From positions 1-40,122 of IMG/VR virus record IMGVR_UViG_3300033434_000011: 40,122 bases of DNA; one strand, written 5' to 3'. The position numbers and the translations under genes are program-made. Positions within the stretch are counted from its first letter, which is position 1, and every line of letters begins with the position of its first letter. Positions 24,332-34,822 of the stretch are shown piece after piece. This DNA comes from a virus (taxonomy: Duplodnaviria; Caudoviricetes). Below the pieces are notes generated by a model, which saw only the letters and a program-made list of their open reading frames with translations, was not told the DNA's origin and did not search any database.

Positions 24332-27187
24332 TTATTCCTCTTTAATCTTTATCACCCACGGCTGAACACGGTTTATTCTTTTACCCCTTACTGCAAAGGT
24401 CCGCTTCTCACCAACTCTTGTTATCGGTATCCTGCCCATATCAGCCCATTTGCGGAATATCTTATCCGGACTGAATCCCTGCTCTTTCATGGCCTTTGCA
24501 AGTTCTGTTTTCAAGATACAAATATACTCATCTTCAATGTATCCCAATATTGGCATTGCACTTTTTATATTCAGCGCAAACCTACCATTATTCGCGGCGA
24601 TCCATCCCAGCATCCACTGCCAAGCACGTTCCGACTCATCAGCATCACCATTATTGATCAGGTGGTTTTCAATGATATATTCTGCAGTCTGCAATGCTCC
24701 ACGGCTGGCAATATCCTTATCCTCACCAAAAACGTACATGCTAGACAACTGATCACCTAATGCCGTATGAGAAATGGCATCAATATGAGAGTCTATTTTC
24801 TCAGGATATTTCTGTTTTAACGTGTAACGTAACTTATTATAAATATCTCTTATCTCAGCGTGATTAGCGGTCAATATATGGGATAAAAATATTCTCCCTG
24901 CATGGCCGTAATGATATTCCATCACAGAATATAAGTAACTCGCAAAATCCTGATTATTAACAAACGGTCCTCCATTTATTTCAATGATACGAGTAATGAT
25001 ACCGCCTTTGGAATTATCTTTAACAATCGGTGATTCTGCATTCGTGATCATGATTATACGCCAGGAAGATGACTGCTGCAGTCCCTTGATGGTTCCCCGT
25101 TGCTTACCTCTACCCTCAGTAATCATATAGATTGTCTTATTTTCAAATTCAGCGCGTCTATGTTCGTCAAGGGTTTCTAACTCGCTGACACATAGAGGGA
25201 GATCAGAGCATAATGCAGACATCCTCTCTATACCGGTTTCGCTAGAACTGGCCAAAATTTTAATTGTACTTGGCTTACCCCAAACAGAAAGCGCTGCGTA
25301 TTGAGCTGCTGATTTTCCGTCTCTGGAGTCACCCCAATTGTGTATGCCGAAAATTCTTTGGCCAGTAATCTTTAGTAAAGGAGCTGCAAAGGAAGCTGCT
25401 AATATAAACCTAGCTTTAGGATTTTTCCGTAATTCACCCATAGCCTGCAGCCAGGCGCCATGATCCCCTGCAATGGAATACCCGTCAATTACTGATTGTG
25501 GTGCGATATCATCCGTATCTAATACATAATTATTGCTCATGCCTGGACAAATAAATTCCGTATCGTTATTACGCCAGCCGAATTTTGATACTCCAACTCG
25601 ATCAGGAATAACCTGCGAATTAGCAGCCTCTAACTCCGACAGCCATTTGGTTAATATTTTTGCTGTATCTGAGGTAACAACTAATCCTGAATCAGCCAGG
25701 CACATAATTTTCTTAGAATCAAAAATAGTTGATTTAGGCAGAATTACATTACGCCAGTTGCCTCTATGAGTTTTGAATGACAGAGAGGCTTTCTCCTGAT
25801 TGGTATCGATATTGCTGATCCGTTCGTTGATGATAATAGGGGCGTATGTAGCTTTATTATAAGTAACGTTACCTTGATCATTAACCTTACATGCTGCGAC
25901 ACCATCATTTTTGAATACCCATGCTGCATATTGTGAGGGATTACCTGGTAGCATCAGGTTTATAGGTACGTCTGGTACCGTTTGGGATAGCCAGCGACCT
26001 CCATTCGAGTCCACTGCTGGGGTAGTATCCCCCTGCCCACCATCAATAACGGAAAAACCAGCTGACTCACGTTTATATTTAGAGAGTTCTTTTTTTAATG
26101 ACGCTTTATTTCCGCTATATCTATGTAAAAAATCATCGAAAAATAATGGTTCTTTTTGTTGCACTAAAGCCAATGCGCCTAATATTTCAGGATTATTAAC
26201 ATTTTCAGGTGTTGGCATGATTATATTTTTTATTTTAGCTATAGCCTGAGGAACAACCCCCAGGGACCAACCACAAGGAGCAGCGATACCGCAACCTCCT
26301 GAAGGGCAACCTTTAAAACCAACACTAGTACGGATGTATTCACAATTCTGAGGGTTCATGTTCGTTAAGCATTCATTAATTTTTTCATCGCTGATTTTAT
26401 AACTATAATTTTCAGCCTGTGATAGAATCTCATGAGCTACCGCTACACCATCTACCGCACGAACAATATTTGTAATAGCTGCTAGTTTTTCGTTATAGGA
26501 TAGCTTTTTAAAATTAAGCTGTACATGCTGCATAAAAGCACAATTATTTAGCATATGTACCGCTGGCCCGTCAGTAGGCCTACGCTCAAATGAATGAGGT
26601 CTATCAGCAGTATTAATTGGTTTCTCCGCAGTAATCTCCGCCAATAACCATGCAGGACATTCTGCCACAGTAACCTCATCCGGACGCGAACTACATTCCC
26701 AAACATATTCACCTTCTGGTACCACAGATGGAGCTGCCACGATATAACCACCATTACCACGGGTATCTAAACCATTCCCTAACCTACTAGTGCTATTTGA
26801 AATATTAACACCAGCAGGGTATTTAAAAACAATATGTCTGCCACCTGTGGGAGTGATTGCTTCCACCGTATCTGGTATTGATCCTCCATGATCATCTAAT
26901 AACTCTTTAAGAGATTCGTTCCCGTCTATCCCTTTCGCCAAATTGGTACCGTGTTTTGGTCCATCTACATCTAAAACAAATATTCCGGACTTTTCACCTG
27001 TTGCAATTCCGATATTCGCATTTGGCCACTTCGACCACCATTGAGCAATAACTGCTGCATCAATAGTGGCCTCATGCTGCCATTCTTTTATCTTGGGCGG
27101 AAATTTACTATTTTCGGTGAGAGGAATCACATGCCAACCCATTCCTGCATAATATAAGGCTGCTTGTCCTATTTTTGAAAGTTCCAT
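24332..27187 (-). CDS. Bifunctional primase-polymerase (Prim-Pol) fused to DUF927 helicase
   Basis: GWHVIPL, WWSKWPNANIGIATG, VLDVD, TPTGGRH, DTRGNGGYIVAAPS; C-terminal GDSRDGKSAA..ALSVWG and GRGKQRG. Confidence 0.92.
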   Translation of the reverse strand: MELSKIGQAALYYAGMGWHVIPLTENSKFPPKIKEWQHEATIDAAVIAQWWSKWPNANIGIATGEKSGIFVLDVDGPKHGTNLAKGIDGNESLKELLDDHGGSIPDTVEAITPTGGRHIVFKYPAGVNISNSTSRLGNGLDTRGNGGYIVAAPSVVPEGEYVWECSSRPDEVTVAECPAWLLAEITAEKPINTADRPHSFERRPTDGPAVHMLNNCAFMQHVQLNFKKLSYNEKLAAITNIVRAVDGVAVAHEILSQAENYSYKISDEKINECLTNMNPQNCEYIRTSVGFKGCPSGGCGIAAPCGWSLGVVPQAIAKIKNIIMPTPENVNNPEILGALALVQQKEPLFFDDFLHRYSGNKASLKKELSKYKRESAGFSVIDGGQGDTTPAVDSNGGRWLSQTVPDVPINLMLPGNPSQYAAWVFKNDGVAACKVNDQGNVTYNKATYAPIIINERISNIDTNQEKASLSFKTHRGNWRNVILPKSTIFDSKKIMCLADSGLVVTSDTAKILTKWLSELEAANSQVIPDRVGVSKFGWRNNDTEFICPGMSNNYVLDTDDIAPQSVIDGYSIAGDHGAWLQAMGELRKNPKARFILAASFAAPLLKITGQRIFGIHNWGDSRDGKSAAQYAALSVWGKPSTIKILASSSETGIERMSALCSDLPLCVSELETLDEHRRAEFENKTIYMITEGRGKQRGTIKGLQQSSSWRIIMITNAESPIVKDNSKGGIITRIIEINGGPFVNNQDFASYLYSVMEYHYGHAGRIFLSHILTANHAEIRDIYNKLRYTLKQKYPEKIDSHIDAISHTALGDQLSSMYVFGEDKDIASRGALQTAEYIIENHLINNGDADESERAWQWMLGWIAANNGRFALNIKSAMPILGYIEDEYICILKTELAKAMKEQGFSPDKIFRKWADMGRIPITRVGEKRTFAVRGKRINRVQPWVIKIKEE

Positions 27188-27203
27188 ATGTCACCCACCT
27201 TAA

Positions 27204-28406
27204 TTACCTTAACCAAATTAGTTTTTTAGCGGCTCTTGTTACTCCTGTGTATCTCCATCTTGCTTGCTGTGTTGGATCATTTCGATCTGGCCAACTATCA
27301 TCATACAAAACAACGTTGTCCCACTCACTCCCCTGGGAAGCGTGGCAAGTGATGCAATACCCATACTGCAGTATGATTCCTTTTAACGCATTGCGCCGCT
27401 GTTGATCATTTTCCCATAGAGCTAGAGGATTATATTTAAGTTCAGTGAATTCTGCTTCATTCTCGAATATTGGTCTTAAGTTTAACTGATTGGAAGAAAA
27501 CATATAACCATTAGGCTTCCAAGGTAGTTTACTTAAAATTTGTTTTTCTTCCACGTTCGTTACATATCCGATTAATCCATTGACCAAAGGTGTTGGCAGT
27601 CTGCCATCAACCAGCAAGGTATCCCAGCTATTGCGTCTGCAGATCATTTTGTCACCTACGACGGGTAATTCACCAGTAAATCCAAAAAACTGTCTAGCTT
27701 GATGATTCACGGCATTAACTGTCGCATTCCTGGCTGCTATAAACTGATCAGCCCATTTAAATATTTCGAGATTACTGAATAAATCGGTTTTTGACATCTG
27801 CCATATACAATCCGGATAACTCTCATCCTCTCGAAGAGGTTTACCTTTTCGGATTTTCTCAGCCAGGTAAGCAATAGGACTGCCTTCATCTTGCCTCATG
27901 ATTTCTTCAAGGGTTACGTCCGGACCGATTAATAATTCGGATTCCTTGCCTTGGACTGGTGGGAGCTGAAAGGGATCTCCCACCGCGATAATAGGGATAT
28001 CGAAGGATAATAAATCATTAAGGATTTTAGTATCGATCATGGAAGCTTCATCCACCATAATAATGGAAGGTTTAGGGTCCAGATATTCTTTCAGCTTGGT
28101 TTTATATTTGACTCTGTAAAATGCTTTGCCGTTATCATCTTCGCAACGTGTTTCCTCTGGAATGGTTTCATATATTAGCCGATGGATCGTAGTTGCTGGC
28201 ATTCCACGCTGCTGCATAACCAGAGCAGCTTTACCGGTGTAGGCACAAAATGCAATTTTATTTTCAGCCAGCTCAGCCGATACCATGGAAGATAAATAAG
28301 TTTTTCCGGTACCAGCATAGCCGGCTATTTTAAATATCTGTTCATTACCGTCTAACCACCATTTTTTAGCACGGTCAAAACCTACTTGCTGCATACGGTT
28401 TAACAT
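27204..28406 (-). CDS. Dda/RecD-like SF1B helicase
   Basis: GYAGTGKT, VDEASM, GDPFQLPPV, YCITCHASQGSEW, YTGVTRA. Confidence 0.93.
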   Translation of the reverse strand: MLNRMQQVGFDRAKKWWLDGNEQIFKIAGYAGTGKTYLSSMVSAELAENKIAFCAYTGKAALVMQQRGMPATTIHRLIYETIPEETRCEDDNGKAFYRVKYKTKLKEYLDPKPSIIMVDEASMIDTKILNDLLSFDIPIIAVGDPFQLPPVQGKESELLIGPDVTLEEIMRQDEGSPIAYLAEKIRKGKPLREDESYPDCIWQMSKTDLFSNLEIFKWADQFIAARNATVNAVNHQARQFFGFTGELPVVGDKMICRRNSWDTLLVDGRLPTPLVNGLIGYVTNVEEKQILSKLPWKPNGYMFSSNQLNLRPIFENEAEFTELKYNPLALWENDQQRRNALKGIILQYGYCITCHASQGSEWDNVVLYDDSWPDRNDPTQQARWRYTGVTRAAKKLIWLR

Positions 28407-28792
28407 AGTATTTGAATCACATCCTCGATCGATCGGGCCACACCTGCTCTGGCGCCAAGTTTCCGCATTTGATCGATAAAGTTTAATTGGTCCTTGGTTG
28501 GTCTGCCTGTCAACGTTTTAATTTCAAGAAAACCTGTCCTGGCAAATTGTTGACCAACCATTTCAGGTGTAATAATAATTGGCGTAATCACCAGCAAATC
28601 AGTAAATCCTTTCGGCAGACCTGTATTAAACAGTCTTGGATTTATAATTTTTATGGATCGATCAGGATTTTTTATAATTTTATCTCCTGTATAAGCTTGA
28701 CCAACATTTGCCCGAAAGCAGGTACCTAAATTATTTTCTGAAATGCCTATACGGATTAAGTTTTGTATGTCGTGCTCTGATAGCGTTTTCAT
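28400..28792 (-). CDS. VRR-NUC nuclease
   Basis: EHDIQNLI, FRANVG, GLPKGFTDL, FLEIKT..GR.T.DQ, GVARS. Confidence 0.92.
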   Translation of the reverse strand: MKTLSEHDIQNLIRIGISENNLGTCFRANVGQAYTGDKIIKNPDRSIKIINPRLFNTGLPKGFTDLLVITPIIITPEMVGQQFARTGFLEIKTLTGRPTKDQLNFIDQMRKLGARAGVARSIEDVIQILC

Positions 28793-28965
28793 GGGTTAAC
28801 CTCCACACCATCAAAATCTATAACGACACTTTCATTGGCTAAAACATTCACTGCATAGATTTTCTTAATTTTTATTGTTCTGTTTAAATCAGTGACTGCA
28901 TTGGTAGTTGATAATACTCCACCGACTTTAATTATGTCGTGAGGGGTACCTTTTTTATGAGATAG

Positions 28966-29241
28966 CTAAAGTCTGGATTTGCTTTGCTCATTGAGAACAC
29001 CTCCAGCTTGCAATTCGGCTCGTTTTTGGCAGAATACTTGCAAACTATCCGAACAATCATATACCCCGCATTCTTCACTACCGTATTTACATTCGCAAAA
29101 ATCACCATGTGTATTTATTGCCATTGCCAACCGCCCTAACTCAGCGTATGGCATTTGCTTCATATACAATTTTTCTAGATGCTCATACCATTGCTTCTGA
29201 GTTGCTTTTTTACCATCGATTCTATATAAATTCCTCATCAT
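28966..29241 (-). CDS. Hypothetical Cys-containing protein
   Basis: ORF with RBS GGAGGGG in operon direction. Confidence 0.6.
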   Translation of the reverse strand: MMRNLYRIDGKKATQKQWYEHLEKLYMKQMPYAELGRLAMAINTHGDFCECKYGSEECGVYDCSDSLQVFCQKRAELQAGGVLNEQSKSRL

Positions 29242-29371
29242 TCACCCCTCCAAGCTCTAACGATCTCTGCGATACCATTACAAGCAACCGTAACCAAGGA
29301 TATTAGTAATGGCATCCAAAATATTGCTGTGACAAAGGCTACAAATAACACAAAACCTGTATTTTCATCCA

Positions 29372-30232
29372 TCACAATCGCTCCGTCATTTTTCCAAGTA
29401 ATCCAGATACAGTATGTTTATATTTTTCATGTGCCTCTGTGTCCGTTTCTGCAATTTCAGCCAAGGCGCCAAGCAAGTTTTTAAACCCATTTACCACTGA
29501 TTCAAAGTGAATACTATATTTTAGAATGGCGGGATTACTAGCAGGCTGAATCTTTATAGCCTCGAGTTTTCCTCTTAGCTCGGCAAGTTCGAGTTCAATT
29601 TCTTCCGGTATTTTTTCAATGACTACTGGTTCTATCGTTATTGGTTCATTAATTTTATTGGTGAGCTCCTGGACCTGATTCTTTGCGTTTTGGAGTTCAG
29701 TTTCCAGCTGCTTTACCTGTTCTTCAGAAGATCCATTATTTTTAGCTTCTTCCAGCAATGCATTTAATTGGTCAACCTCTACCTTGGCGCTATGCTTTTC
29801 AGCTTCAAGAGATTTTTCTAACGCACTTGCTTTCTTTTCTGCATCAGCTGCTCTTTTCTCAGCTTTTTTCTGGGCTTTGATTGCTTCCTGCAATTCCCGG
29901 GTAGACATTTCACTGACAGGATTAGATTTAACAAATTCTTCTCTTTCTTCTCCTGGCAAATCTAAAAGGGCAAATACCTTGCTTTTAGGCAAATCCGACA
30001 ACGCTGTCGTATTTGAAAATTCATTTGCAACTTTCATAAACCTTTGAGCTGTTCTATCTGTAAAATCAACCTTTTCTTTAAGCCATTTACCCCATTCACC
30101 ATGAGGCAAATTATCTTTTACTATAACTAATCTTTTTCCTATCTCAATAAGGTTCTGCGCTGTCTGTTGCTTCAGTATTAATATTTCAGTAGTTAGAGTG
30201 CCAATTTCCGAAACTGCTATTTTGTTTTCCAT
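29372..30232 (-). CDS. DUF3102 domain protein
   Basis: IEIGKRL..VKDNLPHGEWGKWL...FTDRTAQRFMK motif plus coiled coil. Confidence 0.9.
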   Translation of the reverse strand: MENKIAVSEIGTLTTEILILKQQTAQNLIEIGKRLVIVKDNLPHGEWGKWLKEKVDFTDRTAQRFMKVANEFSNTTALSDLPKSKVFALLDLPGEEREEFVKSNPVSEMSTRELQEAIKAQKKAEKRAADAEKKASALEKSLEAEKHSAKVEVDQLNALLEEAKNNGSSEEQVKQLETELQNAKNQVQELTNKINEPITIEPVVIEKIPEEIELELAELRGKLEAIKIQPASNPAILKYSIHFESVVNGFKNLLGALAEIAETDTEAHEKYKHTVSGLLGKMTERL

Positions 30233-30254
30233 GAGTGTATAACCTCCTTCTTTA

Positions 30255-31811
30255 TTATGCTGATACCTTTACTCTGGCTTTCTTCTTATTTAATTTTTGC
30301 TCTGTGAAAGTATCAATAAAACGAGCTACGTCTTTATCCGGAGCGCAATTCCGATTCCCACGAACCTGAGCTATGCGATCTTGGCGGATCTCCATCGTAT
30401 AATAAGGCGTATCAGGATCAGAGGTTTTGCGGATAACAAAGATATTTGTATCCCCTGCCGCATAACCATTAGCATAGGTACCAACGCAATGATGAAGTGC
30501 CTTACCTTCTTCGATCAGCTCTAAAGGACTTGATGCTGGGCGTGTCAGCAAACCTAAATCTTCAAAACAATATTTTTCTAACGATTTAGCTCTTAAGCTA
30601 ATTTTTTTATTAAGAGTCTCATCCGCTTTAACCTTCACTTGTTTGATTGTATTCTGGTGGGCGTTATATAAATTTTTAGGGAATAATACGCACTCTTGGG
30701 TTAAATCCATTTCTAATGTTACGCAATCCGCAATATAGTCTCGCCATGTATTGAGAACTTGTCCGGCATTATAATAATGTCTTTTGCCTTCAACCTTCAG
30801 CGGATATTGCTTCTTGGTATATGCATTGACTTTCTTCAGTGTCGTGTATTTGAGCAATTTTTGAAGAGCCTTAAAATCAAAATTATATTTATCTTTAAGG
30901 TCTGCTATTTCATTGATGGATAAGTTCGATCCATCTTTTATTGACAATTGCAATAATCGCAAAAATAAAGGATCAACGGAAACATTCGATTTTCTAATTT
31001 CATTAATCTCTTTTTTTGACAACTTGAGAACTTTTTGTATGGTTTTACCGCGCCAGTTGATTGCATTATAGGTAGCACGAGAATAAAGCTTATCTTCTAC
31101 TAACTCTTTCATATCAAGCTTTGTGAGGTATTCAATGCAGGGATATCTTGAATATAAATCAAAAAACTTAACCATATCTCCATATTTATAATCATCCCAA
31201 CAACTATATTGAAATGGAGTATCTTTTATTGCCTTTCTAATACTTTCATAAGAACAACGTGTGCTTGTATCTCTTTTAAACCAGCCCTCATTGTGATACC
31301 GACTAAACAAAGAATATACAGTTTTGCATTTGTGAAAGTTATTTGTCTTATTGGGAGAATAATAGTAATATTCTTCGAGCATTACGCTATTACCCATTTC
31401 GAAAACATATACTGCTTCTACCCAATAACTTGTATCTACATTGAAATAATCACCTCGATAATTTCGCTCTACATATATACCTCTGGCAACAATCACATTA
31501 GGGTCTATAACAGATTTTTCATAGTATACAAAGTAAGCTTTATCAACCAGTTTGCTGTGACCAATTCCACTTGATTTAGCAATGCATCTGCTTTTACAAT
31601 TAGGGCATTCATCTTCGCCGTTGTGATAGAGTCCATTGGTTTTAAACTCCGTCCTACAATGCGTGCAGTACCCATGCTGCCATTTACCTTTTCGCTTGTA
31701 AAATATGTATCTACTGTACTTAAGAACATCATCAGTGGCATATTGCTTGATATCCTCGCTCAATTCCTCGGAGAAATGTTCAATAGTCTCTTTATATTCC
31801 ACCACTGCCAC
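30255..31811 (-). CDS. PcfJ-like protein
   Basis: N-terminal Zn ribbon; WRDYI, FPKNL..AH, ELIEEGKALHHCVGTY, PYYTME, QVRGNRN. Confidence 0.9.
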   Translation of the reverse strand: MAVVEYKETIEHFSEELSEDIKQYATDDVLKYSRYIFYKRKGKWQHGYCTHCRTEFKTNGLYHNGEDECPNCKSRCIAKSSGIGHSKLVDKAYFVYYEKSVIDPNVIVARGIYVERNYRGDYFNVDTSYWVEAVYVFEMGNSVMLEEYYYYSPNKTNNFHKCKTVYSLFSRYHNEGWFKRDTSTRCSYESIRKAIKDTPFQYSCWDDYKYGDMVKFFDLYSRYPCIEYLTKLDMKELVEDKLYSRATYNAINWRGKTIQKVLKLSKKEINEIRKSNVSVDPLFLRLLQLSIKDGSNLSINEIADLKDKYNFDFKALQKLLKYTTLKKVNAYTKKQYPLKVEGKRHYYNAGQVLNTWRDYIADCVTLEMDLTQECVLFPKNLYNAHQNTIKQVKVKADETLNKKISLRAKSLEKYCFEDLGLLTRPASSPLELIEEGKALHHCVGTYANGYAAGDTNIFVIRKTSDPDTPYYTMEIRQDRIAQVRGNRNCAPDKDVARFIDTFTEQKLNKKKARVKVSA

Positions 31812-31814
31812 CCC

Positions 31815-32198
31815 CTATAAAAAATCATCAAGGCTGACATCAAAATCAACCGCTGATTTTGTTTTTAGTTTTGGGGCAGGTGTTACAATTGGTTTTGGAT
31901 CCACGACTGCAGCTGGTACCGTAATATCTACCGTTGATTCAATGCCAAAATATTTCAATACGATTGCAAAACCTTCGGCAGGAGTGAACATGGCACAATT
32001 GCCGATTTTCTTTTTCGAGGCCGCTTTCCGCATTTCATCAAGGCTATTAGCTATCGTTTTATCCTTGGCCAAAATCTTTTCTGCATCCTGAGGATGTTTA
32101 TCTAAATGACCTAATAAAAATTCACCAACAACCTGGACATATGAGTTACTTTTGTTTTGCTCTATTTCAGTTTTTAATTTTGTAATTGCATCTGACAT
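31815..32198 (-). CDS. PcfK-like protein
   Basis: KTIANSLDEMRKAASKK..GNCAM.T..E.F..VLKYF; adjacent to PcfJ. Confidence 0.65.
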   Translation of the reverse strand: MSDAITKLKTEIEQNKSNSYVQVVGEFLLGHLDKHPQDAEKILAKDKTIANSLDEMRKAASKKKIGNCAMFTPAEGFAIVLKYFGIESTVDITVPAAVVDPKPIVTPAPKLKTKSAVDFDVSLDDFL

Positions 32199-32338
32199 TA
32201 TGTCCTTACCTCCCTGTTATAACGTTGAGATTTACTCACAAAAGCAATTTCGTAACCATCAGAATAGTGAACGGAACATATTATACGAAAACCCTTTTTA
32301 AGAAGTTTCTTGGCTTTTCGAGCTGGTACCTGAAACAT
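32198..32338 (-). CDS. Small hypothetical protein (46 aa)
   Basis: RBS GGGAGG then MFQVPARKAKKLLKKGFRIICSVHY...; stop overlaps next start. Confidence 0.5.
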   Translation of the reverse strand: MFQVPARKAKKLLKKGFRIICSVHYSDGYEIAFVSKSQRYNREVRT

Positions 32339-32353
32339 TTTAGATCCTCCCTC

Positions 32354-32476
32354 TCAGTCTTTAGGCATCCACTTTTTACGGTTTATTACCTTTCGATCTG
32401 CCTCACATTCTTTACAATGCCTGCGGTTAATTTTATTAACGTCATAATATCTGCACGTTCCGCAAATACGTCTCAT
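32354..32476 (-). CDS. Small Zn-finger-like protein (40 aa)
   Basis: MRRICGTCRYY...HCKEC; ATGA overlap with helicase stop. Confidence 0.5.
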   Translation of the reverse strand: MRRICGTCRYYDVNKINRRHCKECEADRKVINRKKWMPKD

Positions 32477-33855
32477 GACTGCATTCCTCCAAACGGTATG
32501 TTTTTAACCTCACACATTTTCTTAACCCATAAAGGTGAATAGCCACGCTGCATGGCAATTTGCTTCAATGTGACCACATTTCTAGCTCTGCCTACTTCCA
32601 TTTTCTTTTCTTTTTTTTGTATTTCTAATATCTCGGTAAGCTCTCCAGCTTTTTCTTCCGGTTCGGCTTTTTCAGCAACCTGGTACACATGACCACAACC
32701 TGGACATGTTGGAGCTGGTGCATGGGCGTAATAACATTTAGGGCAAATTTTCATTGATACTTCCCTGGATACGGTTTTCTTCTTTTTGCTTTCCAAGGAC
32801 CACTCACGATCTTCATCAGGAAGTCCATGGCGGTATACGTTGCCTACGTGGTCAATGATTACAGCTACTTTATCAGGATTGCTTTTATCGATTCGCATGG
32901 CTCTCATAGCTTGCTGTATGTACAAGGTGAGTGATTGTGTAGGCCTGGCTAAAATTACAGCCTCCATTGCAGGAACATCAAACCCCTCACTTATCAAATC
33001 CACATTGCAAAGTATCCTTATCTTTCCTAGCTTAAAATCATTAATAGCTGCCTTGCGAACAAGATCTTTCGTTTCACCATCGATGTGAATAGCAGGAATC
33101 CCTGCAAGGCGAAACATATCTGCAGTGTGCTGGCTATGCGCAATACTGGCACAATAACAAACCGCTTTTGCACCAGGTGCGAGTTTGTTGTATTGCGTAA
33201 TTAAGTCCCCTATGATCTCCGATTTATCCATACACAGGGCAACTTCCGACTGCACATAGTCGCCGTATTTTACTTGTAGGTCGGAAAAATCGACTGCTAC
33301 TGGTGGCGAATAATACCGATAGGGTGATAACTTCCCCCATGCTATTAATTCTTTGACTGACGGCCCCATAATCAGGCTTTCAAATATATCCCCCAGTCCT
33401 TTACCGCCCATCCTAGCAGGTGTTGCTGTAAGTCCGATAACGAAGGCATCAGGATATATTTCCAGCAGTTTTCGCCATGTTGAAGCTGTGGCATGATGCG
33501 CTTCATCTAGGATGATAATCTGCGGTATATTGATTTTATTAGTACGTCTGATAACGGACTGTATACTGGCTATTTGAATTTTTTCTGACACGTTCATGGG
33601 GTAGCCGTTTGCAATAATTCCATGGCTAACTCCAAGCGCTTGGAAAGTTTCTGAGGATTGATCAATTAATTCCTGACGATGGACCGCGAATAAAACATTA
33701 TTGCCTTTAAGCTTTGACTGTGAACTCATCCATGCCATGATTACTGTTTTGCCCGAACCGCAAGGACTTACTAAGCATGTTTTTTTTACGCCGTTTTGAA
33801 ACTGCAGTCTGGCGCCATCAATTAATAATTCTTGATAATCATAAAGTGAAAACAC
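32473..33855 (-). CDS. SF2 (DEAH) helicase with C-terminal Zn finger
   Basis: PCGSGKT, DEAHH, LTATP, SEGFDVP, CPKC..CPGC. Confidence 0.93.
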   Translation of the reverse strand: MFSLYDYQELLIDGARLQFQNGVKKTCLVSPCGSGKTVIMAWMSSQSKLKGNNVLFAVHRQELIDQSSETFQALGVSHGIIANGYPMNVSEKIQIASIQSVIRRTNKINIPQIIILDEAHHATASTWRKLLEIYPDAFVIGLTATPARMGGKGLGDIFESLIMGPSVKELIAWGKLSPYRYYSPPVAVDFSDLQVKYGDYVQSEVALCMDKSEIIGDLITQYNKLAPGAKAVCYCASIAHSQHTADMFRLAGIPAIHIDGETKDLVRKAAINDFKLGKIRILCNVDLISEGFDVPAMEAVILARPTQSLTLYIQQAMRAMRIDKSNPDKVAVIIDHVGNVYRHGLPDEDREWSLESKKKKTVSREVSMKICPKCYYAHAPAPTCPGCGHVYQVAEKAEPEEKAGELTEILEIQKKEKKMEVGRARNVVTLKQIAMQRGYSPLWVKKMCEVKNIPFGGMQS

Positions 33856-33878
33856 GTTATTTCCCTCCCTATAGGGGT

Positions 33879-33914
33879 AAAAATAGCCCGCCTAGAACTA
33901 ACCAGACGGGCTAT
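33879..33914 (-). terminator. Terminator-like hairpin upstream of SF2 helicase
   Basis: ATAGCCCG/CGGGCTAT stem plus T tract. Confidence 0.65.
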
Positions 33915-33944
33915 GAAATTATAAAATTAATATCAGTTGGTAAA

Positions 33945-34154
33945 TTATTTCACTACCTCTAAATACCTCGGCTTTGCTTGGATATATTCATTTTCATGCA
34001 TTGACAAAACACCAATCGTTGTCTCTATAAGACTAGTGACAGAAGATACGGCATCTGAACTTATAGGTAACCTATTTTGAGTAATAAAGTTGATAATTTT
34101 TCTTAGCTCATTTTTAGCATGATTAGAGTTTTGAACTTTTGACATAAAAATCAT
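33945..34154 (-). CDS. Hypothetical protein
   Basis: ORF after AGGAGG, following ssb. Confidence 0.55.
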   Translation of the reverse strand: MIFMSKVQNSNHAKNELRKIINFITQNRLPISSDAVSSVTSLIETTIGVLSMHENEYIQAKPRYLEVVK

Positions 34155-34159
34155 CCTCC

Positions 34160-34822
34160 TTAGAACGGCGGTTTTTCATTTGGATTCCAGTCCCTAAACT
34201 GTTGTTGTCCCTGGGGAGGTTGTTGAGGCGGGAACCCTTGTTGTGGTGGTTGATTATATGAATGCTGCGGTGGAGCCGGTGGTTGTGGAGCCTGTCCACC
34301 GTATTGAGGTCCAGGTTGTTGATATCCTCCTGGCGCTGGTGCATTACCGTATCCCTGTTGTGGTGGTTGATGGTATCCCTGGGGAGGTTGGTTATATCCG
34401 TTTTGCTGAGGGGGCGCCCCATATCCTTGTTGCGGTGGATAACCTTGTGGTGGAGCTCCATACCCTTGCTGAGGTGGTTGGTTATTGTACTGAGGCGGTA
34501 CTGAATTCTGAGCAGCTTTCTCTGGAAAATCTACATAATCAAATCTCCTAACATTAATTTGCTTATCTCGTTGCTGTTGTCCAGTTTGTTGATTATTCCA
34601 TTCATTTTCCTCAATATCGCCCTCTACTAAAATGCGATTCCCTTTAACTAATCTATTAATTAATTCAGCCGACTTTCCCCATGCTGTGCAACTGAAAAAG
34701 GTTGCTTTGTCTTTCGAGTGATTATAAGCTAATCTGAATTTTACTCGATTTTTACTTTCTTCCTGTCCTGCTGTAAAAACAGGATTATCACATAAATTAC
34801 CTAGCAGTATAAATTTATTCAT
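34160..34822 (-). CDS. ssb: Single-stranded DNA-binding protein with long P/Q/G/Y-rich tail
   Basis: MNKFILLGNL...FFSCTAWGKSAE..KGNRILVEG OB fold; C-terminal PPF. Confidence 0.92.
   Translation of the reverse strand: MNKFILLGNLCDNPVFTAGQEESKNRVKFRLAYNHSKDKATFFSCTAWGKSAELINRLVKGNRILVEGDIEENEWNNQQTGQQQRDKQINVRRFDYVDFPEKAAQNSVPPQYNNQPPQQGYGAPPQGYPPQQGYGAPPQQNGYNQPPQGYHQPPQQGYGNAPAPGGYQQPGPQYGGQAPQPPAPPQHSYNQPPQQGFPPQQPPQGQQQFRDWNPNEKPPF

Noticed and set aside
28795-28990. Short ORF with RBS after 28990 and a possible slippery A run
   Set aside because: Both frames terminate early and show no recognisable product
34123-34551. Alternative-frame ORFs over the ssb tail
   Set aside because: By-products of the low-complexity, GC-rich repeat
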